A stretch of 33,972 bases of DNA from the sequence record SRR31147125_13840. One strand, given 5' to 3'. The position numbers were made by a program, and so were the translations under genes. The notes under the pieces were generated by a model. It was given only the letters and a program-made list of their open reading frames with translations, was not told where the DNA came from and did not search any database. Below, piece after piece: positions 9,577 through 18,275 of this stretch; positions within the stretch are counted from its first letter, which is position 1, and each line of letters begins with the position of its first letter.

Positions 9577-10008
9577 ATGAAAAAAGAAAGATTAATGATG
9601 ACGATTAGTCAACTAAATACGACATTACTTAAACGCATAGGAGAAGATATTTATCAATACGGCATTACACCCACAGAGTTTCGTATTTTATCACATCTAA
9701 AAAGTGCAGGTAAAACAAAGACTCAAAAAATTGGTGACATCGCATTTATTACTAGTGGTGCTATCACTTATATGTTAAAAAAATTAAAATCAAAAAATTA
9801 TATTATAACGTATAAAGATACTATAGATAAACGTATCACTTGGGTGGCATTGTCTGAAGAAGGAAAAATATTTTATCAAAATATGTATGCTAAACATATC
9901 AAACATGTCGAAAAAGTATTTCAAGCATTTAGTGAAGATGAACTCGAATCACTTCAAGTACACATTAAAACATTTGAAAAGAAATTAAGGAGAAATGAAA
10001 TAAAATGA
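9577..10008 (+). CDS. MarR-family regulator (MhqR-like)
   Basis: GITPTEFRILSHL, ITSGAITYMLKKL, DKRITWVALSEEG; AAAGGAG RBS before ATG 9577. Confidence 0.9.
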   Translation: MKKERLMMTISQLNTTLLKRIGEDIYQYGITPTEFRILSHLKSAGKTKTQKIGDIAFITSGAITYMLKKLKSKNYIITYKDTIDKRITWVALSEEGKIFYQNMYAKHIKHVEKVFQAFSEDELESLQVHIKTFEKKLRRNEIK

Positions 10009-10700
10009 AGCTAAGAGAGTTTAAAGGACTATTTAAAACAGCGAAAGTTAAATTTATAGAAGCTAATCACATCGAAGATGATTATTACGAAGTACGTTTA
10101 GAAGCGCCTCAAGGTCTTACCTGGCGTGCTGGAGAACATGGCATATTTACTATACCGAATAAAAAAATTGAAGATAAGACATATCGTGCATTCTCAATTG
10201 CATCAACATCAGAAGAAGGTGTGATATTATTGGGATTTAGAACAGGTGAAAAAATAAGTAGTTTCAAAAAAACTTTAATTTCATTAAATGCTGGAGATGA
10301 AGTTAAAATGAGAGGACCATTTGGTTGGTTTACAGTTCAAGATGATACATCACCGATGGTGATGATTGCACTTGGAGTTGGTGTAACACCCATTCGATCA
10401 TTACTTAAAAATCTTGGAAATACAAAGAAAGAAATAGATGTAATTTATGCTTCAAACTACTATTTATTTAAAGATGATATAGATAAAGCTATAAGTTTGC
10501 AATCAAATGCAAATGTTCATTATGTACAAACTATTGAAGAAACAAAAGAAGCATATACAGCAGCAGCAAAAACACATGGTAATAAAGCATACTACTACAT
10601 CAGTGGAAATAAAGCATCGATTGATGCTATATCAAGTCAATTAAAAGCTTTAGGTATTAAAAAATCTAGACTTGTATTTGATCCATTCTTAGGTTACTAA
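10005..10700 (+). CDS. FAD-binding ferredoxin-NADP-reductase-type oxidoreductase
   Basis: RAFSIAS, GPFGWF, ALGVGVTPIRS, YISG, C-terminal FLGY; overlaps the marR stop. Confidence 0.9.
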   Translation: MKLREFKGLFKTAKVKFIEANHIEDDYYEVRLEAPQGLTWRAGEHGIFTIPNKKIEDKTYRAFSIASTSEEGVILLGFRTGEKISSFKKTLISLNAGDEVKMRGPFGWFTVQDDTSPMVMIALGVGVTPIRSLLKNLGNTKKEIDVIYASNYYLFKDDIDKAISLQSNANVHYVQTIEETKEAYTAAAKTHGNKAYYYISGNKASIDAISSQLKALGIKKSRLVFDPFLGY

Positions 10701-10726
10701 AAACACAAATTTTTGTGTTTTTTTTT
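10699..10726 (+). terminator. Intrinsic terminator
   Basis: AAACACAAA-TT-TTTGTGTTT followed by a T-run. Confidence 0.7.
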
Positions 10727-10870
10727 ATATGATGGTAAATATGGCAAGTTTTTAGTTGAGAATTAACTTTTTTTAATATGTAAAACATATTGATAGGGTT
10801 TTATTTTTCGTTTTGTTAAAATATAACCATAGGAAATATAGTATATATACAAAAAGGAAACGGTGATTTC

Positions 10871-11794
10871 ATGTCAGAAAACAGACAAAACGCATATTCT
10901 AAAATGCGTACGCCAAGAAATCTTCTTTTAGTGTCGATTTCGTTAGGTGTTTTACTTATTGCATCAGCCTTCATCTTTGGATTTTATGTATTACTTGTAG
11001 GGTTGGTTGCAGTCATCATCGCTGGTCTTGTTGAACTATTATTCTCACGCGTGAGAAAAATAGAGTTTGATCAGTTTTGGTTTGTCACACCATTGGTATT
11101 TACTTTGTTATTACCACCTTCAGTACCTTTATGGATTGCTGGTGTTGGTTCTGCATTTGGATACTTTTTTGGTAAATCAATTTTTGGGGGTGCAGGCAAA
11201 ACAGTCTTTAATCCAGCACTTGTAGGTATTTTATTTGTAACAATTTCTTTTCCACAGTTTATTTCAACTGCTTGGCTAGATCCGGTGACAAATGTTATTG
11301 GAACATCGACACCGCTTGGTGCACTTAATGCAGGTGGGAGTTTTCCTTATTCATGGGGTGATCTATTATTTGGGATGACACCTGGTTCTATTGGAGAAAC
11401 TTTTAGAATTGGTATTCTTATTTTAGGGGTTGCACTTGTTGCACTTCGTGCCATTGATTGGAAAATACCTGTTGGGATTTTAGGTACTGTCTTCTTAGTG
11501 ACACTTGTTGGTTATTATGTATATCCTGATGGGTTTGCCAATCCATATTATACATTGTTTACAGGTTCTATATTGTTTGCAGCATTCTTTGTAGCAACTG
11601 AACCCGTATCAGCACCAGCAACACCTGCTGGTAAATGGTATTATGCGATAGGTATTGGTTTGCTTGTTGTTTTAATTAGAAATTTTGCAACATTCCCAGA
11701 AGGTACAGTATTTGCAATTGTCTTGATGAATGTTGTAGGAACTTTATTTGATTCAGGAAAACCATTAACAAAGGAAGGTGAAGAGAATGAGTAA
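10871..11794 (+). CDS. NqrB/RnfD-family membrane flavoprotein subunit
   Basis: LLLPPSVPLW, FGGAGKTVFNPA, TSTPL (FMN-Thr position), GSIGET, FFVATEPVSAP, LIRNFATFPEG. Confidence 0.9.
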   Translation: MSENRQNAYSKMRTPRNLLLVSISLGVLLIASAFIFGFYVLLVGLVAVIIAGLVELLFSRVRKIEFDQFWFVTPLVFTLLLPPSVPLWIAGVGSAFGYFFGKSIFGGAGKTVFNPALVGILFVTISFPQFISTAWLDPVTNVIGTSTPLGALNAGGSFPYSWGDLLFGMTPGSIGETFRIGILILGVALVALRAIDWKIPVGILGTVFLVTLVGYYVYPDGFANPYYTLFTGSILFAAFFVATEPVSAPATPAGKWYYAIGIGLLVVLIRNFATFPEGTVFAIVLMNVVGTLFDSGKPLTKEGEENE

Positions 11795-12401
11795 GAATTT
11801 AAAACTTGTGATCTTTATTATATTAATGGGAACCATTACATCAGTCTTATTACAAGGTACATATACATTAACTAAAGATCGTATTGCAGAAAATGCTGAT
11901 ATCAAATTAAAATCAGCTGTACTTGATGGATTTGATATTGCATATACAACTGCAAATATTCATGATGTATTTGATGAAGAAGTAACCATTATCACTTATG
12001 AAGATGATGCAAATGGAGATTTTACTTTTTATGTCGATGATACAACTGGTGCTATATCATTTGAATATGCCGGTGGCGGTGTTTGGGATGAAATATCTGG
12101 GGTATTAACATTAGAATCAGATTTAATCACGATTCAAAAAGTTGCAGTTTTAGCACAAGCTGAAACTCCAGGTTTAGGTGCGATTGTTGCAACCGATGAT
12201 TATCTTGCAACATTTGTTGGGATTAAAATGACACCACAATTAGAAATCAATAAAGATGATTCAGAAAATGCTGATAACGAAGTTGATACCATCACAGGTG
12301 CGACACGTACATCAAAAGCATTTGAAGATATGTTGAATCAAACATATACAACAGCAATGAATATTTGGGAATCTGAAGGATATGGAGGTACAATCTCATG
12401 A
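11787..12401 (+). CDS. nqrC: NqrC/RnfG-family FMN-binding subunit
   Basis: N-terminal TM; GGGVWDEISG..LESD (NqrC type), ETPGLG, DTITGATRTS flavinylation motif. Confidence 0.85.
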   Translation: MSKNLKLVIFIILMGTITSVLLQGTYTLTKDRIAENADIKLKSAVLDGFDIAYTTANIHDVFDEEVTIITYEDDANGDFTFYVDDTTGAISFEYAGGGVWDEISGVLTLESDLITIQKVAVLAQAETPGLGAIVATDDYLATFVGIKMTPQLEINKDDSENADNEVDTITGATRTSKAFEDMLNQTYTTAMNIWESEGYGGTIS

Positions 12402-13027
12402 AAAAACTTATACGTTTAAAATATACAAAAACATATAATATTATGAGAAATGGTATTTCTATGGAAAATCCAATTGCCATTGCAGTTCTTGGTATTTGTT
12501 CAGCTTTAGCTGTAACAAATAAAGTTGAAAATGCGATTGCGATGGGTCTTGGTGTGACATTTGTCATCATGGCATCATCACTCATGATCTCAATGCTTAG
12601 AAATTTTATACCATCTAAAGTTAGAATGATCACATATATGGTTGTGATTTCATCATTTGTGATTATTGTACAATTATTCTTAGAAGCATATTTTCCTACA
12701 ATTGCTGAATCACTTGGTGCATATGTTGGATTAATTATTACCAACTGTATCGTGATGGGACGACAAGAAGCATTTGCTGCTAAGAATCCTGTGAAGTATT
12801 CAGTGATTGATGGTTTTGCAAGTGGTATGGGTTATGCACTGATTTTAGTGGTCACTGCATCAATTCGTGAAGTTTTAGCATTTGGTACATTCTTAAATAT
12901 GCAAGTGGTACCTGATGGATGGGTTAATTGGGTTGTCATGGCAATGGCTCCTGGTGGATTCTTCGTGCTTGGTATGTTCATTTGGGGATTACGCCAATGG
13001 ACAAAAAACTTTGAAGAAAGTATATAG
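12398..13027 (+). CDS. nqrD: NqrD (RnfE paralog) membrane subunit
   Basis: VLGICSALAVT, VGLIITNCIVMGR. Confidence 0.9.
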   Translation: MKKLIRLKYTKTYNIMRNGISMENPIAIAVLGICSALAVTNKVENAIAMGLGVTFVIMASSLMISMLRNFIPSKVRMITYMVVISSFVIIVQLFLEAYFPTIAESLGAYVGLIITNCIVMGRQEAFAAKNPVKYSVIDGFASGMGYALILVVTASIREVLAFGTFLNMQVVPDGWVNWVVMAMAPGGFFVLGMFIWGLRQWTKNFEESI

Positions 13028-13038
13028 GAGGATAACAT

Positions 13039-13611
13039 ATGAACTTATTTGAATTATTTATATCGTCTATATTAAATAATAATATAGCATTAGTGTTTAT
13101 CCTTGGTATGTGTCCATTAATCGCGATTTCAACAAATGTTAAAAACGCGAGGGGTATGGGACTTGCAGTTGTATTAGTTGTTACACTTACAGCGATGATT
13201 AACTGGCCAATATATCAGTTATTGTTAAAAACAAATACAGAATATATTAGTTTAATTGTATTTATTATTACGATTGCTGCAACTGTACAAATATTAGAAA
13301 TTTTAATTGAAAAATATATTCCAAAACTATATAACGCATTTGGTATATTCTTACCACTGATTACAGTAAACTGTGTTGTTTTAGCGGTATCACTATTCTT
13401 TGTGAATAGAGATTACAACTTTGTACAAACAACAACATTTGCCTTTGGTTCATCAGTAGGTTGGTTGCTTGCGATAGTACTTATTGCAGGTATTCGTGAA
13501 AAAATGCATAAAATTGCAAACCCACCAAAAGGTTTACGTGGAAAAGCAATTGTATTTTTTATTCTTGGTGTAATTGCTCTAGCATTTATGGGCTTTACAG
13601 GATTAGTATAG
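13039..13611 (+). CDS. nqrE: NqrE (RnfA paralog) membrane subunit
   Basis: LGMCPLIAIS, FLPLITVNC, LIAGIREK, ALAFMGFTG. Confidence 0.9.
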   Translation: MNLFELFISSILNNNIALVFILGMCPLIAISTNVKNARGMGLAVVLVVTLTAMINWPIYQLLLKTNTEYISLIVFIITIAATVQILEILIEKYIPKLYNAFGIFLPLITVNCVVLAVSLFFVNRDYNFVQTTTFAFGSSVGWLLAIVLIAGIREKMHKIANPPKGLRGKAIVFFILGVIALAFMGFTGLV

Positions 13612-13618
13612 GAGGTAT

Positions 13619-14704
13619 ATGATGGATTGGTTAATTTTACCTGCTATATTGGTTGGTTTTATGCTTTTGATAGCAGGCATACTTATTTTAATTGAAAAAG
13701 CTGTAGGTGGCGATAAAGAAAAAAACATCTACATTAACGATGATCAAGTCATTCCTTTTCAAGGGAGTGACACTGTATTAAATGCTTTATCAGAAGAAGA
13801 TATATTTATTCCTAGTGCATGTGGGGGTAAAGCAACTTGTGGATTATGTAAAGTGAGATTGTTTGAAGACGATGGACCACTTAAACCAACTGAAGAAGCA
13901 TTCATATCAGATGAAGAAGCAAAAGAAGGTGTAAGACTTTCTTGTCAAACAAAAGTCCAAGATAATATGAAAATCATATTACCTAAAGGACTATTGTCAG
14001 CAAAAGCTTACAAAACAAAAATTACACATATCGAAGATTTAACTTATGATATCAAACTAGTTAGATTTCATTTAGTTGATCCACAAACCATGGACTTTAA
14101 ACCTGGACAATACGTTCAAATTAAAGTGCCAGGTATCGAAGCAATTCGTGCATATTCAATCGCAAGTAATCCAAAAAACAATACAGACATCGAATTACTG
14201 ATTCGATATGTACCTAATGGACAAGCAACAACGTTTGTACATAAAGCTTTAGAAGTTGGTGACAACTTAGAAGTAACTGGTCCATATGGCGATTTCTTCT
14301 TAAGAGAAGAATCAAATAAAGAAATGATTTGTATTGCTGGTGGATCTGGGAAAGCACCAATTCGCTCAATCCTTGCATATTTAAAAGATCAAGGCATGCC
14401 TAGAAAAGTTAAATATTTCTTTGGTGCACGTTCAAAAAGAGATCTATATTATACGGAGGAATTTGAAAAACTAGCAAAAGAATATCCAAATTTCGAGTAT
14501 ATTCCAGCATTATCAGAACCTTTAGAAGAAGATAACTGGACAGGTGAAGTTGGTTTAATTACAGATGTTGTTGATAGACATACCAAAGACTTATCTGATG
14601 CTGAAGGTTATTTATGTGGATCTCCAGGGATGATTAACGCATGTATTAATGTCTTGTCAAAACATGACATGAAAGATGAAAATGTATTATTTGATAAATT
14701 TTAA
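13619..14704 (+). CDS. nqrF: NqrF-like 2Fe-2S/FAD/NADH oxidoreductase subunit
   Basis: N-terminal TM; SACGGKATCGLC..RLSCQ; RAYSIAS; GPYGDFF; GGSGKAP; FGARS; YLCG; terminal FDKF. Confidence 0.88.
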   Translation: MMDWLILPAILVGFMLLIAGILILIEKAVGGDKEKNIYINDDQVIPFQGSDTVLNALSEEDIFIPSACGGKATCGLCKVRLFEDDGPLKPTEEAFISDEEAKEGVRLSCQTKVQDNMKIILPKGLLSAKAYKTKITHIEDLTYDIKLVRFHLVDPQTMDFKPGQYVQIKVPGIEAIRAYSIASNPKNNTDIELLIRYVPNGQATTFVHKALEVGDNLEVTGPYGDFFLREESNKEMICIAGGSGKAPIRSILAYLKDQGMPRKVKYFFGARSKRDLYYTEEFEKLAKEYPNFEYIPALSEPLEEDNWTGEVGLITDVVDRHTKDLSDAEGYLCGSPGMINACINVLSKHDMKDENVLFDKF

Positions 14705-14709
14705 GATAG

Positions 14710-14735
14710 AAAAGCGCCAATTGGTGCTTTTTTTT
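14710..14735 (+). terminator. Intrinsic terminator
   Basis: AAAAGCGCC-AATT-GGTGC followed by T8. Confidence 0.85.
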
Positions 14736-14795
14736 ATCATAAACATAAAATATATGATAAAGTTAATCGCAGGGGGATGTAAAAGGAGTATTAAA

Positions 14796-15644
14796 ATGAA
14801 AACAGCTATTATTACAGATTCAGCATCGAATTTACAACCGGATTTTATTGAAAAGCATGACAATTTATTTGTCATACCGCTACTTATTGTTTGTGATGGT
14901 GTTAATTACAGAGATCAAATTGAGATGACAGCAGAAGAAGTCTATAATCAAATTGATAATCACAAATTATCAACAAGTCTACCAGATACTAATGATTTAT
15001 TAAAAGTGGTAGAAGAGATTAAAAAAGAAGGATATACAGATATATTATGCATTAATGTATCTTCAGGATTAAGTGGAACATTTAATGCGTTTCGACTAGT
15101 TTTCGAACATGTAGAAGATATTAACATCACACACTATGATTCATTAACAATTGGTGGTGGACTTGGTTATATTGTAGAGTATGCATTAGAATTAGTCGCA
15201 AAAAATGAAAATCCAAAAGATATCTTACCAAAACTTAATCACTTAAGATATGAAGATAGTCTATCGTTATATACCATTGGAACACTTAAGTATTTAAGAA
15301 GAGGTGGTCGTATTGGACGAGTTGAAGGAACTATAGGTGATCTTCTTCATCTTAAACCAGTCATTGGTATGAATGATGAAGGCGTATATGTCACAGTGGC
15401 AAAAGCATTTGGTATTAAACGTTCATTACTATTGATGAAAGAGCACATTGTCAATAAGTTTAAAAAAGATCTTGTTGATTTAACCATTCATTATGGTAGA
15501 GGAAAAGAGATTGCTTTAGTGCTTGCAAGTAGAATTAAAAAAGATTTAAACATTAGAACATTGACATTATCACCACTTACACCTGTACTTGGTATACACG
15601 CAGGTCCTGAAATGTTTTCATATGTTGCAAGACGTATTAAATAA
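14796..15644 (+). CDS. degV: DegV/FakB-family fatty-acid-binding protein
   Basis: MKTAIITDS, STSLP, SSGLSGT, YLRRGGRIG, LGIHAGP; AAAGGAG RBS supports ATG 14796. Confidence 0.92.
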   Translation: MKTAIITDSASNLQPDFIEKHDNLFVIPLLIVCDGVNYRDQIEMTAEEVYNQIDNHKLSTSLPDTNDLLKVVEEIKKEGYTDILCINVSSGLSGTFNAFRLVFEHVEDINITHYDSLTIGGGLGYIVEYALELVAKNENPKDILPKLNHLRYEDSLSLYTIGTLKYLRRGGRIGRVEGTIGDLLHLKPVIGMNDEGVYVTVAKAFGIKRSLLLMKEHIVNKFKKDLVDLTIHYGRGKEIALVLASRIKKDLNIRTLTLSPLTPVLGIHAGPEMFSYVARRIK

Positions 15645-15657
15645 ATATAGACCATGT

Positions 15658-15683
15658 AAAAAAGCACCCAAGGTGCTTTTTTT
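15658..15683 (+). terminator. Intrinsic terminator
   Basis: A6-GCACC-CAA-GGTGC-T7. Confidence 0.85.
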
Positions 15684-15747
15684 GTATATGTTTTTTTTAG
15701 TATTTAATGATATACTAAAAGAAAACAAGTGATTTTAAGGGAATAAC

Positions 15748-16182
15748 ATGGATAAAAAACATATGATATATATGTTAATATTTTTCGTTGCAAGTATGAT
15801 GATATTAATCATTTTTGTGCCTAACAAAAGTAATCCAAATCTGGTTAATGAAGCAAACGATCAAATAGTGTTTGGATTTAGACGATTATATGATGCATAT
15901 GATGATGAAATGTATGAGTTTTCAAGTGTAACCATATATGAATATAATGGTGAAACTTTTGTTGCTATTGCGTATGATGTGATATCGGATGATTCTTTAA
16001 TTTTAGAAGACTTATATATTAAAATTAATGATAATCCACCTAGTTATTATTTTAAGACAACTGAAGATTTAGTACGTAATATATTACGTGTTGAGCAGTT
16101 TAATCAAGCACAAGAAAATTATAGTTCTAAGTATGATTTAACATCAGATGAAATAGAAATGTATCGGAGCATATATGGTTAA
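15748..16182 (+). CDS. Membrane-anchored hypothetical protein
   Basis: Single N-terminal TM; AAGGGA RBS. Confidence 0.7.
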   Translation: MDKKHMIYMLIFFVASMMILIIFVPNKSNPNLVNEANDQIVFGFRRLYDAYDDEMYEFSSVTIYEYNGETFVAIAYDVISDDSLILEDLYIKINDNPPSYYFKTTEDLVRNILRVEQFNQAQENYSSKYDLTSDEIEMYRSIYG

Positions 16183-16630
16183 TATGAAAGAAATACAAAT
16201 AGAAGATCAAGAAACTAGTGATATATTAAGATTATCTAAATGCTGGGAAATAGAGCAAAACGCTTATGGGTATGTAGCAAATACTATAAATGACTTAAAA
16301 GACCACAAGATGTTTATCATTAAAGATGATAAACATCTTTTTGGATATCTTTTAGGACATGTTTATGTCAATGATAAAAAAGTATCTGCATTAGCATATC
16401 AAAGTGAAGTTTTTGAAATTGATGAAATCTATATAGAGAAATCATATCGTTCAAAAGGATATGGTATGCAATTATTTCAAAAGGTTGAACAAATCATGTC
16501 AAACAAAGTATCCTACATAGTGTTATCAAGCTCAAATAAAGATAGTAAACGTATATTAAAATTTTATCAAGATAACATGAATATGCGTATTTGGTCTACA
16601 AGGCTATTTAAAAAAACTAGAAAAATGTGA
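16175..16630 (+). CDS. GNAT-family acetyltransferase
   Basis: IDEIYIEKSYRSKGYG acetyl-CoA motif A; LKFY. Confidence 0.85.
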   Translation: MVNMKEIQIEDQETSDILRLSKCWEIEQNAYGYVANTINDLKDHKMFIIKDDKHLFGYLLGHVYVNDKKVSALAYQSEVFEIDEIYIEKSYRSKGYGMQLFQKVEQIMSNKVSYIVLSSSNKDSKRILKFYQDNMNMRIWSTRLFKKTRKM

Positions 16631-16634
16631 TTTC

Positions 16635-16771
16635 TTGTATAAGGTCATATATTATGGTAATATAAGTATGCTTCTTATGAATGAGTGTAAAAGGTGAGGA
16701 GTTATAGTTAAGTCATGTATAAACATTAACTTGTTAAAGCGTTGTCTAGCTAAAATAGACAACGCTTTTTT
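16635..16771 (+). promoter_or_regulatory. Promoter and 5' leader with an internal terminator (attenuator) upstream of the DEAD-box helicase
   Basis: TTGTAT(16635)-17 bp-TAATAT(16658) with extended TG; AAAGCGTTGTCTA-GCTAAAA-TAGACAACGCTTT followed by Ts at 16736-16771. Confidence 0.7.
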
Positions 16772-16811
16772 GTTGGACTTTTTCATTCAAATTTAAACAT
16801 AAGGAGAAATA

Positions 16812-18122
16812 ATGAATTTTAAATCATTAGGGATCATTGATCCCATATTACAAGCTTTAGAAGCAAAAGGGTATGTTGAACCAACACCTATTCAAGAACA
16901 GGCTATTCCTGTTTTAATTGACCAAAAAGATATGTTAGCAAGTGCACAGACAGGTACAGGTAAAACTGCATCTTTTTCGATTCCGATTATTCAAGGATTA
17001 TATGAAAATCCAAGTCGCACAAGACCGAGAGTCATTCGTGCATTAGTGCTTGCACCTACGAGAGAGTTAGCAGAACAAATTAAAGATAGTTTTAGACTAT
17101 ATAGCAAAGGCATGGATTTAAAAATCGATGTCATTTATGGTGGCGTTAAACAACATAAGCAAGAAATCTCAATTAGAAGAGGACTTGATGTGTTAGTAGC
17201 AACACCAGGACGTTTAATTGATTTAATGAATCAAGGGATTGTAAGATTAAATATGGTTAAGTATTTTGTCTTAGATGAAGCAGACCGTATGCTTGATATG
17301 GGTTTTATCAGAGATGTTAGAAAAATAGAAGCCAAATTAAAAAAAGAAAGACAAACTATGCTCTTTTCTGCAACTATGCCAAAAGAGATATTAGGGTTAG
17401 CCAATGAGTTATTAAATGACCCTGTACGTATTGAAATTACACCACCAGAGATGATGATTGATAAAATTGATCAATCTGTATATTATGTGGCTAAATCTAA
17501 AAAAACAGATTTACTCATTGATTTATTAGTCAATCCACATATGCGAAGAGTCTTAGTATTTACACGAACAAAAAATGGAGCAAATCGTTTAGTTAAAGGA
17601 TTATTAGCATATGGTGTTAAGTGTGATGCTATTCATGGGAATAAATCTCAAAATCAAAGAACAAAAGCGTTGGCTAATTTTAAAAATAATAAATTAAGAG
17701 TGTTGGTTGCAACTGATATTGCAGCAAGAGGTATTGATGTTGATGATTTAACACATGTGATTAATTATGATTTACCAGAAACACCAGAAACATATGTACA
17801 TAGAATAGGTAGAACTGGTAGAGCAGGACTTAGTGGTATTGCTATATCTTTTTGTTCACAGGAGGAATCTCATTTATTACAAGCTATACATAAGCATAAT
17901 AAGATGATGATACCACTTGTTAAAAAACAACCTTTCCATATTGAAATACGTTTTGGGCAAACAAAAAACGAAGTAAAACAATTAAAAGGGAAAAGTGGAC
18001 AAAGAGGAAGAAAGAATCAAACAAGCAAGAATAAAAGAATGTCTAATAAGCAATATAGTAAAAATACAAATAAGAACTCTAAATCTAATAATTTTAGATC
18101 AAGTAGAAGTAAGAAAAGATAA
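16812..18122 (+). CDS. DEAD-box RNA helicase (RhlE-like)
   Basis: AQTGTGKT, PTRELA, DEAD, SAT, HRIGRTGR; basic disordered tail. Confidence 0.97.
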   Translation: MNFKSLGIIDPILQALEAKGYVEPTPIQEQAIPVLIDQKDMLASAQTGTGKTASFSIPIIQGLYENPSRTRPRVIRALVLAPTRELAEQIKDSFRLYSKGMDLKIDVIYGGVKQHKQEISIRRGLDVLVATPGRLIDLMNQGIVRLNMVKYFVLDEADRMLDMGFIRDVRKIEAKLKKERQTMLFSATMPKEILGLANELLNDPVRIEITPPEMMIDKIDQSVYYVAKSKKTDLLIDLLVNPHMRRVLVFTRTKNGANRLVKGLLAYGVKCDAIHGNKSQNQRTKALANFKNNKLRVLVATDIAARGIDVDDLTHVINYDLPETPETYVHRIGRTGRAGLSGIAISFCSQEESHLLQAIHKHNKMMIPLVKKQPFHIEIRFGQTKNEVKQLKGKSGQRGRKNQTSKNKRMSNKQYSKNTNKNSKSNNFRSSRSKKR

Positions 18123-18193
18123 ACTGTAATAAAGTTTAAAAATATTTTGTGGTATTGAAAAAAATATGTATAATTAAGATAAGGCAGATTGAT

Positions 18194-18256
18194 AAAGCAA
18201 CTTGGGGAATGATTGCACTTATATGACGATAAAACGACATTTAGGTGTCGTTTTTT
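18194..18256 (+). promoter_or_regulatory. Conserved GGGGAATG leader / attenuator, copy A
   Basis: TATAAT 18169; GCAAC-TTGGGGAAT-GATTGC hairpin; terminator AAAACGACAT-TTAG-GTGTCGTTTTTT; homologous to the copies at 28548 and 32199. Confidence 0.8.
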
Positions 18257-18275
18257 AGTGTATTTAGGAGGAATT

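Noticed and set aside
9475-15683. REP-like family from similar AAAAGCAC...GTGCTTTT hairpins (9475, 14710, 15658)
   Set aside because: Each lies right after a stop codon and is short; ordinary intrinsic terminators explain them
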